A stretch of 64,000 nt of DNA from Fimbriosthenelais zetlandica (GCA_977030845.1 OZ365110.1:26846001-26910000); one strand, 5' to 3'; shown: positions 25,341 through 39,452, counted from the stretch's first letter. Made by a program: numbers and translations. Notes: generated by a model not told the origin, from the sequence alone.

Positions 25341-27501
25341 GTGAGGGTTTATAGAGTGAACTTTACCACCCTTCCCCTACTACCCTGTCAGCAGGCAGGC
25401 CATGTAGCGCCTAGTTAAGCCCTGGGTTCACCGATTTTCATGGCCTGTTGAAATGTTCCCAGGGTGTGCTTTGACCTCCTAATGCCCTCTGTCATTAGCA
25501 ATAAGCAAAGTCAGGAGTAGCAAAATTAATGCGAAAGCTGCCTTTGTCTACTGTTTTGTTTGCATTCATAAAAACATTTCTATTTACAACATCATGAAAT
25601 CCAACCGTTAAGTACAGTTAATTGTCATGCAGCCCTGGCCATATGTATACTACAAAGTGCTCATCAATCATTATGTGAGGGGGGAAATAGAACCGATTTC
25701 ATGAAGCGCGTATCTGATTATAGCATGATCTAACTGAGTGTCCAGTGCACATTACAACTGATTGCCATACATGCTTATTATCCACATTTTTGTTACATTT
25801 CTAAATGTCAAACTCCCTCCCCAACCCTCCTCTTATACAGATCAAAAACATGTTTTTGTACTTAGTCTTTCCTTGTTCAGTGAAAGTGAAATTCCTACAT
25901 TAGTCATGCATGATGGTCCATATCCATTATAACAAACATAAAAAGATTAACTCTGAATTATAATAATATACACTGGCAGGGGCAGGACAAACAGTTGGAA
26001 ATCAACTCAGTCTGTTATGAATGCATTAAAATTCTCCCTCGGGGGGCAGAATCCAACGCCGGCAATGTGCCTTACATGAACCTCTGACACAACATGAGAA
26101 TGAACATTAAATGTTGGACGTGAAACCTCAGTGAGATGCCATCTAATTTGTTTATATACTGAGGTATGAACATGACCTGAATACAGTATATATACAGGGT
26201 TGGCTTATCATTCCTCAGATGGTCGAGTTGTGGCCATAAAAGGAATTATTTTGTTTCCAATCACATATTCAAAAATCGAAATTTGATTATTTTAGGCTCA
26301 TTGCTTGAAATGTGACATCGTTCTAGCATAGTATTTTTTCTCGTGTTGCAACATCAGTCTAGCCTTAGGCCCTGCCGCCCTATCAATGTAAAATATTTTC
26401 AGAAATATCTTTTCTCTGGGTTTTGTAAATAATAAGGAAGGACAAAATGTCTGAACTCCCATGACCATGATACACGAGATAAACGTGTACAACTGGGGCA
26501 AAACTAGAAGAAACATAATATTTTTAGCCTCAGTTGGTAGCACGACATAGTCCACCACCACAACATGGTATCTGGATGACATAGGAATGAATACAAAGGA
26601 CCCATCCCCCACCTTGACCCACTTCGTTTGGCTCCGCACCCACAAGAAGCCTGAGGCTAGAAACAATGAATCTATTCCACTTCAGTCCATCTCCCCTGTT
26701 TATCAGCGGCCATGATTTTAATTGAACAATAAAAACCTAACGAACACATTTTAATTAACCTGAACTGTGTTTCCTGTGGGTTTATTTGGTCGAAGGAGGT
26801 TGTTTTTAATATTTTAGCGTTGACTAAGAGTAAAATGTCCTAGAGCTACTGGTTAAAGACTATTCTCTTAGGCTTGGATTTTTGCTATTTAACCTCAGAG
26901 CAAGTCCCTTAAATCATGTATGTATACTACATGTATATTTTCAGATTATTTTTCCATTTTATCCATTATTTCTACAATAAAGAAAAATACAAATACAAAA
27001 GATTTCAGGGACCATCTAGTTCAGAGAAAGTATTTCATATCCAAATGTTAACTAGTAGCTTTTAGATTTGAGTGGAGATGATGTTATGTGAGTGGGTGTA
27101 GGGGTTAGTTTGGATGATAGATGCCCTCACTAACAGGATGCTCACATAATAAGTATTCGTGTTTGTATTTACTAACTATGTCGCCCACTCTGATTCATTC
27201 CCCATGCCGGGTCATCTTTAGTGCTTGTCCTAGATGATATGATGGATCTTCTCTTTTGTTTTTTCTCTTTTTTTTGTAGCAAGATGAAAGAACAATCATT
27301 GAACCGTTTCCTTCCATGGTCTATTTACGCGATTCAATTTTCTATGATTTCAGCAAGTTTTTAAACCCAGACTCAAGATTGTCACACTATATCTTTTTGT
27401 ATACATTTACATGTAGTTACAAATTTACATAGAAAAGTACTTGACTTGTGACTTTATATCTAGTCTTTTGTTAATGGTGTTCTTTTGTATTTTTTTTGCA
27501 G

Positions 27502-27567
27502 GTAAAACTCCTCAGTATTCCACACTACCTCGTCCAGCCGATAAGTCAGACACCGCCGCCAAAAAAG
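27502..27567 (+). CDS. PHACTR: PHACTR internal exon (GKTPQYSTLPRPADKSDTAAKK)
   Basis: Strong acceptor tcttttgtattttttttgcag|, donor AAG|gtgaga; 66 nt, phase 1-1, open in the required frame. Confidence 0.78.
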
Positions 27568-28443
27568 GTGAGAACACGTCCCCTCTATATCCAATAGTAG
27601 CCATCTATTGATCGTCTGTCTATTTTAGAACAGGTACAGCATCATTGTGAGCTTGGTGAAGCATAGCACCGAGCTACTATACACTCGGGTGATGGACAGA
27701 TTCTATTACCCACTCCAAACCCCTCCGGCTAAAGCTGCATTTGCCTTTTTCAACCCGAATCTATTGTCATAACTATAATGTATTATAGGTGCGCGAATAC
27801 GTCATTTCGTATATGTTTGGGATTTAATTTTTGTATAAAAGAATTTAATAGAGAAAGTCGATTTAAAGTGAACATTCCCTCCTGTTTGCCAACAGCATTG
27901 ATCAATGGAGGAGTCAAAGTCAGAATGTGCCATAGAGGCATGGTGGAGACTCCAGATTATCAACACATTTGGCATAGTCAACAGCAACTATCAGCAAAAT
28001 TGGCACGAATTGTTCATATAAGTCTCCACCTCTAAAGTAGACAGAACGCAAAGCAAATCGTATAACACGTCATAGTAGGACATTGAGCAGAACACTCTAG
28101 TACATGTATAAGGATATTTGGTAGGTCTACATACTATACTTGGCAGACCTTGTATCGTAAATGGTAATATTCTGTCTCCCTCTATGTGTAAATTTTGTGC
28201 CCCTTGTTATCGGTCTAAGGGTTCCGTGACCAATAACTTCAAGTAGCCAGTAGTGGTTACAATTGGGAGCTGGGCCAGGGCTGGTTTATATGGAGAAGAG
28301 TAAGTGATAATACACTAGAGTGACCACGCCTATTGGCACTTACCGACTATTACTGTCTTTGACCGGAGTATTACGGAGGAATTATGGGTAATGGCAAGTG
28401 CCTTGGCCAAAAATATTCCAGTTCTTGTAAAGAATTTTATTGT

Positions 28444-28469
28444 TCCACCGTCCACCGTCCACCGTCCAC
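28444..28469. repeat. (TCCACCG)3 short tandem repeat
   Basis: Directly visible. Confidence 0.85.
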
Positions 28470-29993
28470 GATTCTGATACTATTAAAGGTTGAACATTAA
28501 AACTATTGTGAGCACTTCGAGAATTAAAGTTGAATTTTGTTGACAAGGGTTAAAAAACTTTGAAAGGCAAGTTGTTGTTATGAGCAGCCTGCAACAAATT
28601 TTTATGAATTTCTAAAGGCCTCAGTATTTTGTTTCGTGACTGCTTCCCTGTCCTGGCTCTACACAACTCACACTCTTGGCAGGGCCGAAGAGTCTTGAGA
28701 GATGAAAAGTGGTCACGCTAATGTTCCTACACCTTTTCTCTCTAACAATAAGTGGAGAGTGTGAAAAGCAGAGACCTAACCCCTCGTCTCATGACGACTC
28801 GTATTATCAGTCATCCAAGGATATTATGTGCTTTGGATCAAACTTTGCAGTACCCAATTATCTGACGATGCTAGACAAGCAAATTGCTTTCTATATAGGC
28901 TCAAGTTTAGCAGAGCCAGAGTATTATTTTGCTTTGAGAAATATTCGTTTGCATATCTAGTCATGATTGTCGGGATGGAAGTAATACTATATTAGGTCTA
29001 TATATAGACAGATTCTATAGAATGTATTAGAGATGATGCTGAAAAAGTACCAAGGGTTTTTCTTCACTTTATGGAGAACCACATCACTGGTTCTCCTCAT
29101 CTATAATGCCAACATCCATAAGGGTGCTGAGGGATGATACTAAGAATACCAAGGTTTTCCCTTCTCTAGAGAGCCTGCTAATATTAGACCCACTGATCTA
29201 GCTCATCCCCCTTTTATAGAACGTAGATGATTGCCTTTTATAGAGACTTCTGATTGTCTGTAGAAGACGATAGGACTTGGGTGGATGGTGGTGATGGTTG
29301 GTCGGTCGGTGAATGCCCCATACTTTGATAGTTTATCACCACTCTGTCCTCACATGGCACCAAGAAAGGCAGCCAGGTCTGGTGGCTTACAACCGCCTCA
29401 AAGCTAGCCCCGCTACATTCTCCCACTCCCAGCCTTCATCAATATTAGAGAGATAAATGTGTCTAGAACCTGGGCAGTAGAAAGGACCCCATCCTCTGGT
29501 GTAGGAGTATATGATGGTCACTGCTCCTGATGAGTACCTCATTCACACTATGCCGACTCCTCTACAATAGCTTGTATGTGATGTGTTAACTCCAAACTGA
29601 CCAACCCATATACAACCGGTCCAGAGTCTTAATTTGTGTTAAATTAATAGTTGGCTCACAAAGAACTGAGAGAAGATTCTTCAGGTTAATGAACGACTGC
29701 CTATTACGTAATCAATCCATGAATCCTTTATGATTCACTGATAGATATGCCAAGGGAAATGACAGAAACAACATATGACGTAAGAGGATAGCCTTGTTTT
29801 AATATATTTGTCACCTGTGTTATCCCTATGAAGTGTTATTCAAAGTGTATGCCATGTGTAATTAATTCCATACTTTTGGCATCATTCCACACAGACTGCC
29901 AAATTAGAGCTAATTAGGCACTGTCATAATCCCAATTAAAGAGAGGCATTAAATCTAGCCAGCCCACTCACTTCCCATTCATCTCAATTACCT

Positions 29994-30325
29994 AGACCAC
30001 CGCGGTGGTGTAGTGGTTAGAGTGTCTGCCCCGTGTGTGGAAGGTCGCTGGTTCGAACCGCGGCCGGGTCATACCAAAGACTGAAAACATGGGACTAGTG
30101 GCTCCCTCGCTTGGCACTCGGCAAAAAGAGGACAGTACTAGGACTGGTCAACCCGGTGTCAGTATAATGTGACTGGGTGAGATATCATGTCATGTGCCTG
30201 CGACATGATACCTCAGTGAGGCAGCACTATAAAAGAGCATTGGGCTCACTGTCACAAGTAGGCACCGTCATGATATAACTGAAAAATTGTTCAAAAGTGA
30301 CGTTAAACCCCATTCAATCACAACA
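29994..30325 (+). mobile_element. Full-length tRNA-derived SINE (MetaSINE-like body)
   Basis: A box TGGTGTAGTGG (30006-30016), B box GGTTCGAACC (30050-30059), body GTCATACCAAAGACT..., simple CAA-rich tail. Perfect 13-bp TSD ATCTCAATTACCT (29981-29993, 30326-30338). The superfamily label is from recall, not from an alignment. Confidence 0.9.
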
Positions 30326-32736
30326 ATCTCAATTACCTTCATTCTGCCCAATTTAATATCTTTAAATAATATCCTCTGATGCATCGTTTTGTTCGTAAAT
30401 ATATTATCCACTATAAATTATCCCTACAATATAGTGGCCTGCTCTGAGAGGAAAAGGTAACTATAGGTTGCTATGATCCCCTTGCTTGTTTTGATACACT
30501 ATTTAGGTCTTAATGCTGAATTATTGCATTAATGGAGCTGGCATTCTGCTCGCAAAGTGTCCTTGATAATCTAAGGTGGCACTTGACCTATATTACCCTA
30601 GTGAGTAAGTCAATAGTAAGTGGAGAGCATTATAAATCATCACAGCTATTGACTGGAGGGTTATTGACTATATGATAGTTGTATTGATTCTATTGATGCT
30701 GTAGTGTTGGAGGAAGCATTGTGTTATAGCATGAGGTGTGGTGAGGAGTGAGTGACTCGAGGAGGAGGATGGGTTGGGACCACTGAGCAGCTCATTGTGT
30801 GACCTGGTAGGACCCTGAGGTGCTCAGAGCTGATCTCCTCCCAAAGATTCGACCACACTTCACAAGGTGGTTTCTGTAAAGAAAGACTATTTGAACAAAA
30901 AAGGATACTACACAAGTATGCATATTGAACTTCTTGTTGGTATTTAGGTTAAGTGCTTCAAATATTTCAAACCGGTGAAATTTTTAATTTGCCCTGGTCA
31001 CTGAAGTCACTGAACAATAATTTTTTGATAGTTCAGTTTTCCTGAGTTGCATCCCACTGAAATTAAACTTTATGCCTCTTCCAACAGAGAAATCCCAGTC
31101 ATTGTGAATACACATATTACACTAAATGTTCAGACTAAATGCTGTGTTTGACTCTGAAAGAGGGTACATGCCTCATGGATACTACATATTGCTGGCTCTA
31201 AACCCCAGATGCTGGACTATTCATCACCATGGTTACTCGACGTCAGGAGGTGAGGTCAGAGGTCAGATGAATGCTTGGTTCACCAGCCAAAACATGGGCG
31301 ATAATGTAAACTATAGAGAACAAACATAGGCCTGTAGAATTACCCTCCATCTATAATTGATATCTTACAGTTCACTGGGGTCCTTCCCTCATCCTCTACC
31401 AAGTGAATATAATGTACTGAACATGGCTGACAGGCAGTTCACTCTATCCTACCCATCTGCCTCTTTGTCTCTGCAAAGACCTTTACAAGCTATTTCATGC
31501 AGTACTGGGTTTCATAATGGCAAAACCTTCCATGATTGAAATTTTAGATTGGAATTCATTGCATCTTATATATGGCCTAAATGGTCATTTGTAGCATTGC
31601 TACCATTACAATAGGATATGAAATATACTTAGCAAGCAACCCAGTATCTTCCGACTGTGTGCTATTTTAACTATCACTAGCCTTGGTCAAATTACACAAT
31701 TAATTATCATGAGAGCAATTAGATAATTAATCAATGCCATCCCTCCCCCTGGAGGGGAGGCCATGATACAGGACTATCAATCAGCCCCTTAAATTAAATC
31801 TACCTTTCCCGTCGTTCATTTCGACGTTTAGGAAAACAAATGGATCGGTTTAAAGTTCAAAATCAATTAATATCAACTTTTAATTAGCTATATGAGTGGA
31901 TGCTAGACATGCGCTCATATAATTTAGACCGAGTACTTTATGGTAGATTTATACTGGGATTTCTTCTTGTCGGATCCCACCTATGGCAACCATTGAAATT
32001 TGTGGTTTGCTTGAAACATTCCCAAGGAAATTATGTCATTTTAAGTGAGTGTTTTGCCTGTCACAAAGAACTTTCATTTCCTCTAGCCATCCTGTGTAAA
32101 CTTGCACGTGTCAATAATAAAAATAGAAAGAGATCTGAGTCATTGACTATAGTGAGTAGTGCTCGGCATAGGAAGATTCTCTGGAGCCATCGGTTTCTAT
32201 TATAGACCAGTCTGGCATAACCTTGTGACCCTCACCTAGAGAGTTGAGTTTAGGGGGTATTTCACCCCCTTCCTCCAGGGTCCCTGGATCAGGGGGAGGA
32301 GGGGTGATCGCCTGGGGGCATGTCGTGGAGGGGGTGTCTGAGTTAATGTCGGTGCCTCGTGTATAACATGCCCTCGCTCATCTAGACACCCCTCTCTGCT
32401 GTAAGCCATCATATTCTGCTCAATTTTTAATGGATTTTAACTTCTTGAACTCTCCGACACGTGAGAGACAAAGCCCGAGGCGTACACCCTCACTGAATGT
32501 ACACATACTGAACCCTTCCTCCACGCCACTGTATCCACATACCCTCCAGATCGATATGATGTTTATAATAATTTCTTCCATGACAAATGTCTTCACATAA
32601 TAATTAGTACGTATTTCATTTCAACTGAAGTTACAGATTTATACATTGATACAAAATGCCAATATTCAGTCTCTTATCCAGCATCCAGTATTCAGTCTGC
32701 CATCAATATGTTCTTCGAGAAAAAAATACTCTCAAT

Positions 32737-32765
32737 GTGTAGCAGAGTCAGGGTCTCTCGGGCTA
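32737..32765 (-). mobile_element. Terminal fragment of the same TAG..CTA MITE family
   Basis: Reverse complement matches 6113-6141 at 28/29 nt. The other end is degenerate or absent. Confidence 0.75.
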
Positions 32766-34779
32766 AATATTGGTGAGAACATGAAAATACTAGAGACATA
32801 TAAGAGACACTTTGATTCTCTAGTCTTGATATAAACAAGCTGGCCTCGCATTTATTTTATTAACGATTGCGTAGGAGGCAAAACAGGGGAAAAACTTTTT
32901 TTGACCCTGGGCCAAACGATTCGCCCTGCTTGTGTCAAAGTCATATGTAGAGTACATTTATAGACACCCTAACCCCGGTGGGTGAAGAAAGAACAAGTGA
33001 CAGTATTTTTACTACCCTGCTACTACCATCCGGCATCTAGGTCAGATTGGAGAGATGGAAATAAGAGGGTGTGACTCCCAATTCATCATAACCACTGCCA
33101 GGAATATATTATAATGCTGACACTCTTTGTTATAATGCGCAGTAATGAGTTGCCAACACCATCCATTATGTTCATTTTATGCATCCCATAATATTCATAC
33201 CATAAAGATTTCATGTGGGTCCAAATTCATACAAAATTCATTGGACTCCGAACAGGGGAGTTTGGTAAAAACAGGACAGGACGTTTTTAAACACTAAACC
33301 TGCCAATAAGTCATTAATTTTCTCTTGAGTTTTGAATTAATTATTTCATCATAGAAAAGTTCTACATCCTACCTAGCTCTGTATTTAGGAGTCAGGGGGC
33401 CCTTCCTAGACCGTCCATAAAGATGGAAGGAGAAACTTCTACATCAAAAGAGGAATATGTACATAAAATGCATACATTGGTGATGCCTGGGTGTCACTAG
33501 AACAGCACGAATGACTCAATTTATGAGATCTTCAAAAGAGAGAGATCCCGGTGTTCCCCCATGTTTGTGTGATGATGTATACCAATGTAACACCATAGCG
33601 ACATTTTCCTGATGAATACCAATGATATGAAAAACTTATGACTCACAAAGATGCTCTCCCCTACAAATCATCCAAATGCCCCAAATGGACCAGAATATAA
33701 TGATTTGAACCAATAATGTCAAAAATACTAGTCAAAAACTTCTGCTAATACATGTATACTATGTCGCTGTGCTAACATGATGTGAAATGAAATTTAAATT
33801 TATAAATACATGTTCACTTCTTCGGACTTAATTTGCTCACTGTCTTACACATGTATACCCACTGCGTATGAATCGAATTGTGGAAAAAAGCCCTCGGGAG
33901 ATAGGAGTTGAGATTCCATTAGGAAACTATAGTAAGAGCTGAGAATGAGTCTATAGAATTCACGCACCATCTCACCCACTGTTTGTTCCATGCACTCTTG
34001 AATCTTGGGTCAACAAGATGCTCTGCTGTATCCGTCCCCTTAGCCTGGAGGTTTTTTTGTCTTCTGTGTTGGAATATATTTGTGGACAGTACTTTACATT
34101 TTATGTAGAATGCTCATGCTCGCCCCTGGCCGTACCAATCTTCCATTGTCATAAATGGGTTTACTCTTGTAATTCTTTCTTCTGCAGTATATTATTAATT
34201 CAGGAGTTCACGAGTTGATTTGACTTCATAATTACATTCTCTTTACATATCATCATTCTTGGATCGACATTATAGTAATTTCTCTCCAGATTCATTGGAT
34301 AATATATCATAGAATTTAGTTTCAACGTTTAGACAGTGATCCTCTTTGCTTACATTAGCATTGCCTTGATTTTATAGAAACATTAATTTTCATTAATAAT
34401 TGCTCAACTGTACATTTTCCCATTAAAGAGGAGAGAAATCGTCACGATGTGGTACAACTGCAATAATTATTATTTATCATTTTCGCACCTTTCTTGAACG
34501 CTGTTGACTCGTGCAATATTTTGGACCGCCATTCCTGCTCCCACTAGATTGCTGTTGGCAAGATAAGCGATTTCCAGAGGGCTGTATATTTGATCCTAGT
34601 GTATGTATTCTGGTCTATGTAAATATGTGATTAATTCCTCATTGCTACTGGAGCAGCTCCACAGAGGCCGCCGTCTCTCTCTACCTCCATCATATTGATT
34701 TTATAGGCTACTATAAACACCTCTCACTGACTATACATGTAATAATATATCCACTGATCCCCCGCACTGTCATGACTGT

Positions 34780-34945
34780 TCTCTCTCACTCACTTCTCCC
34801 CTTCTCCCCTCTGGTCCCTGTCCTTCTTTCCCATCCCCTCTCCCCTCCCTGTCCTCCCAGGGCTCTATGCCCTCCCCTCTCCCTTTTGCTTCTCCCCTCT
34901 CGCCCTCCCTTACAACCCCCTTCCTTCCTCCTCTCCCTCCCGATT
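34780..34945. repeat. CT-rich polypyrimidine low-complexity tract
   Basis: About 165 nt almost entirely C/T. It explains the L/S/P-rich and R/G/E-rich ORFs at this position. Confidence 0.8.
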
Positions 34946-37900
34946 GACCTTCGATCAGTCACTGGCTTCAATCCAAGCAACAGCTCCCAACTTCATCCCC
35001 TGTTTTGGGCTCGCCAAGGTTGGAATTTTTATAAATGGGAAACGCCAATATTCTGAATTCATTTAACCTTTCTGGGTTCCCTTGCTCTATGACCAATAAA
35101 TTCAATCTGTGGTGATTTTCTTCTGAAATCCACTCATTTATTGAGGACCAAACTCGAATTAATTACCGTTGATAAATGCCATCCCATATTAGGGTCAGAT
35201 TATCCATAATGGCTCCGAGCAGTTTCAGTCAGTCGTGATTTTTGGTTATTTTGTTGTTGTCAGAGAATGGCCAGCCTGGTTGTGACATCAATAAATTATG
35301 ACTGGACTTTGACAGGTCCTGTGTCAGTATTGTCCTCCAGGGAAAAGGTTCGGACCTCTGTGAAGGTTCCTGTCTCTGTTTGCTCGTATTGCTCTCAGCA
35401 TGGATGCTTTTATTTATTCTCGTCTCAATATGATGGCACCAAGATGGACTTTTGGCTCTGCTGCTCCGACATGCTCCCAATATCTACGATCCATATTAAC
35501 TCAGTTTGTGTTATCTTGATCTTGGAAGATCCAATTCTGAACAAACCGCATTTACTTCCCGGTGCTATCAGTTAATTTTGACATGATATTTCCATTTCAG
35601 GGAAATAATTCCAGTGAAATGTTTAAGTTTTAGTATGGTATCTAGCACTTGGCTTTATACCAGCGTGATTTTTGTTTGCCGGGCCATGCTGTGATGGACT
35701 TGGTATAGGGGTTGTAGAGGTGAGTGGAGGATGAGGGTTCATGTTTTCTAGATAGAGATTGATAGGCTGGTATTGGATCCGGGCTGAATGAGGGCAGGGG
35801 GCGGGGGTATGGCTACCACCACTCTCTGTTGATCCAAACATCCACCAAGCTAGCTTACATTGATCCCTCTAAGCTGGAATCACTCCCATCTCCGTTGACA
35901 ATGCACCCTGCTGCTTCCCTCCCCAAGCTTCTCCCTCTCCTTCTTCCAGTGTACATACTTTCTTTCACATCTATGCATTTGCACCGTGTCTCTGTTTGGA
36001 TATCTGTCTTTCCTAATGTGTTCATTCTCCAAATCTCCATCGCCTATTCCAGTTTTCTCCTAGCTTCTCCCGTTTCCAATCAAACCTCCTTACTTTCTGC
36101 TATTATTCCTTTTATATCAGAATTCCGTTGACAGTGACCCTTTTCAATTGTTCATACACAAAGTTGCGACAGTTAGATCGATATGGTAATGAACATGTAA
36201 ATTGGTCTTTATATCATATTTGAGAGAGTATCGATCATTTCAGGTGACAAGTGGGGGAGGCATGAATTCATCATGTTATTTTTTTAAAAGTTGGATCCAA
36301 TATCTTCATTGTATTTTGGAGTGGGTTCACCGAGTGTGGTTCACTTGCTCTCTCTTCCTTTCTCTCCCCCCTGCCTTCCCATCCCCCCCTTTCTAGTCAT
36401 CTCTCTAATTTCTCTCTCTCACCCGTGGTCAATGATTCCATTGTAGCTCGTCACTAGTTGTGAATTTCTCTGGGACCTATTCCATTTATGCCACTTTCCC
36501 AAATGGCGCTGTGGAGTGTTTACATTCCATTGGGTGGCTGATAGGACCATGTCCCCAAACAAACGCCATCACGTCTCTCATGTTACTCGGTTTATATTGT
36601 TACCGTAATTCTGACATTCAATAAAAATGTGCCCCTTTGATATTCTATGCTTCTCCCACAACAATCCTGAGCGACGAAGTTATAGATCTTATACAGTAAA
36701 ATATATGTTTACAAAATCTTAATTCATTGGGCTATATTTTAGGACCAGCTCTTATTACATTTCAGAACAGTTTAATGGTTTTAACAAGATTTTAATTTTT
36801 GTAGCAATTCTGAAAGTTGGAAAGATACTCAGCTCCACGTCCAGAAAAACAGAGAGTCATCAAATAGGGAAATGGGATTCTTTGGTTGAAGCTTTATTTA
36901 AGGCAATTATTCCTTTGATTGAATTAACTATTTATATGAAAGGGAGGCCCTTTGATAGCTTGGTTATGTCCTTTGCGTACCATCCTGTTGGAAAGGTTGA
37001 AATGGAGGATGTCTCGGGTTATTATGAACCTTTAGAACTGTCACGAATGAAGGATGGGTTCTTAGCTTTCACGGTTCTATTTACAGCTCCATTCAAAGTC
37101 CTGCCATCATTGCATGACTAAATAGACTGAGATATGTATTCCTTATGAAGCACTTAATCTCTAAGCCTCACCATCCTCTCACTCCCACTCTCCCATTCTT
37201 TCTCCTTCTCTCTCCAATTACACCATCTTCTAGTTGAGTGGTTCCGTGCCTTAGAAGATCTGTGGGATTAGATGTTTTGAATTTAATGATTTTTTGAGGA
37301 GAAAAGTATCGATGTATATAACGTTTAAAGGAAATGAAATATGACTCTGAGAATATAATGAAGGGATATAATGTACGTATAAATCTATAGAACGTACATT
37401 TAAATTAGGCTACATTTTAAAGACATTCAAAATTATGCAAATTAGTTCATGCCTTTAGGTAAGGAAAGCAATACTATACAAAACACTCAACTAAAGAGCC
37501 TCCCTAGGATGACTTATATTACATCAGATTTGATGTCTTCCAACCCTTTCAGTGTCCCTCCCCCATTGATTCAATCTTCAAATTTCATCTCACCAGATGA
37601 AACCTGGCCTTATGAACAGGATGTCAATTCTTCCCGGTCTTTGACCGGTAGGAAGCTTGACTTAAATCTTACGCTCCATCTACATGGAGTAGGGGACAGG
37701 GGATCTTCATACCAGGTCTAGCTTTACAATGTCAGAGAATGTTGGTAGGGGATGATAACATGGTAGACTGGCAATGTATGACATGCTACCACGCTGTGGT
37801 TATACCAAGAAAGCCTTTGTGTGTTTATAGCCTTTCCTCATAAAAAAGAAAAGCAAAAAAATTATTTGCATACCGAGCTTTCCTTTGTGCATTACACTAA

Positions 37901-38316
37901 AAAACTAGATTTTCACTGTGATATGACCTCTGCTTTTAATCTTAACATTCCTATGTACCTTAGTATTTTATTAGATTTCCGTTCCTTAAAACCAATATAA
38001 AATACCGTAGGTTACTCTCACCAGGGTTGTGTTCTATTTTCCCCCGGGCTAAGCCCTGGTTATAAAGGGGAGGTAATGATTAGTGTAATTACCCGCTAAT
38101 CTACCGCCTTAATCCACACCTTCTCCCTATAAGCGGTCCCCAGGGGAAGTAGGGTATTCTGATCCATGCCAAGGTTAATATCCCTCAACACTCCCTCTTC
38201 CTTACAGCTCTAGGCTCATGAAGGATTACCAGTCACTAAACTTGGCTTAGTATTTCAAAACCATGACCAAACCTGAGAAGTAAGAATGGGACGTATCTAA
38301 TTTAAATAGTCAAACC

Positions 38317-38341
38317 TAGCCCGAGAAACTCTCTCCAGCTA
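38317..38341. mobile_element. 25-bp internally deleted relative of the TAG..CTA MITE
   Basis: First 19 nt identical to the reverse complement of 6180-6198. Ends TAGC..GCTA, flanked by the direct repeat (TA)GTCAAACC(T) at 33-nt offset. Confidence 0.7.
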
Positions 38342-39195
38342 GTCAAACCTTAAAGCAATTCCAGTGACTAGTGAACACTGCATGCATGCTAATCCACCAA
38401 TTCCTTTGGGTATAGTACATGACACCATATTTTCTGGAACACGTTCATAATTATAATGTGAACAGTTTTTCTCGGTCCCCTAAGTGTTCACATAAATATC
38501 ACGGTTAGAAGATTTCACAATAATGCAATTAGTTGTTATTAGAAAGTTTTATAAATGAGCTCTTCATAATTTCTTAAAATATAAATTTCCATTAATTAGA
38601 TCCCAGTTCAAAACATGTCATGATCAACTGCATGAGTTGACATCCTTATGTTATTCACTGATTCACTGGAAGTTCCTCATTGATCTTTGCTTCAGTTAGA
38701 CTGAGTTAGCATCCCAAGAGGTTTCTAGAGCTGAGTTTACTGGTCTGAACGATTGAAGCCATGCCTTTCAGACACAACATGACCACACAGCTCCGTGACT
38801 GGGAGACTGGGCTCTTCTCTCTTTGTGTAAAAATCAAGTACACAAAGGTGGCTCATTCTCAAACACCGCTTATCGTGTTTACAGTCCATGTTCTTCACAG
38901 CCTATTGTTCAGCCACGATTACATGCTTCCTTTATCGGGAAAATGCCCTTTTATGAAGTGCTGATGTTCGAGACGAAATGCCTTTTTCCCATTTGTAACA
39001 GAGCTCCGACAATTATATACTCCGACGTTTATGATATATTCCTTTATTCGTATCTCGGGGAATTTGCATAGGTATATGATCTCCTTGTAATCTTATATCC
39101 TTGAGATAACACACATAGAGCAATTAATTTTAAGTTAGTATTAGTATCCCCCCTGTTTCCTATTTATGATGTTCTATTTGATATTCTTGTTTCAG

Positions 39196-39240
39196 CAGAG
39201 GATGAAGAATATATCGTTGATCCAGAAAGCCTATTAAGAG
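39196..39240 (+). CDS. PHACTR: PHACTR internal exon (AEDEEYIVDPESLLR), tandem CAGCAG acceptor
   Basis: Acceptor ttcttgtttcag|cag|, donor GAG|gtgaga; 45 or 42 nt, phase 1-1, open. Confidence 0.72.
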
Positions 39241-39452
39241 GTGAGAGGATGTGCTATGATATTATAAATATGCTGAGGCCTATTGCATAAATCGCGTTGC
39301 ATAGATATTGCGCATCACTCTGGGTATTCTGCTTGCTTGCTTTCTCCCCTCCAGCATAGAGGTGGCCATGTCTATAGCTTATTGCTGTGGCTTTGTGGTG
39401 TATATTTTCATAGCCTATAAGTTAGGATGCCATACATTTAAACGCTGAACGC

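Noticed and set aside
26560-26600. WYLDDIG, resembling a reverse-transcriptase YxDD motif
   Set aside because: A stop lies six codons upstream, the flanking hydrophobic strands are missing, and no other RT motifs are nearby.
29527-29550. CTGATGAG hammerhead-like core (also checked 33609, 45125, 62052)
   Set aside because: No stem II followed by GAAA at any of these sites.
29994-30066. tRNA gene
   Set aside because: A and B boxes are present, but there is no convincing acceptor or anticodon stem and no T-run terminator. It continues into a SINE body bounded by TSDs.
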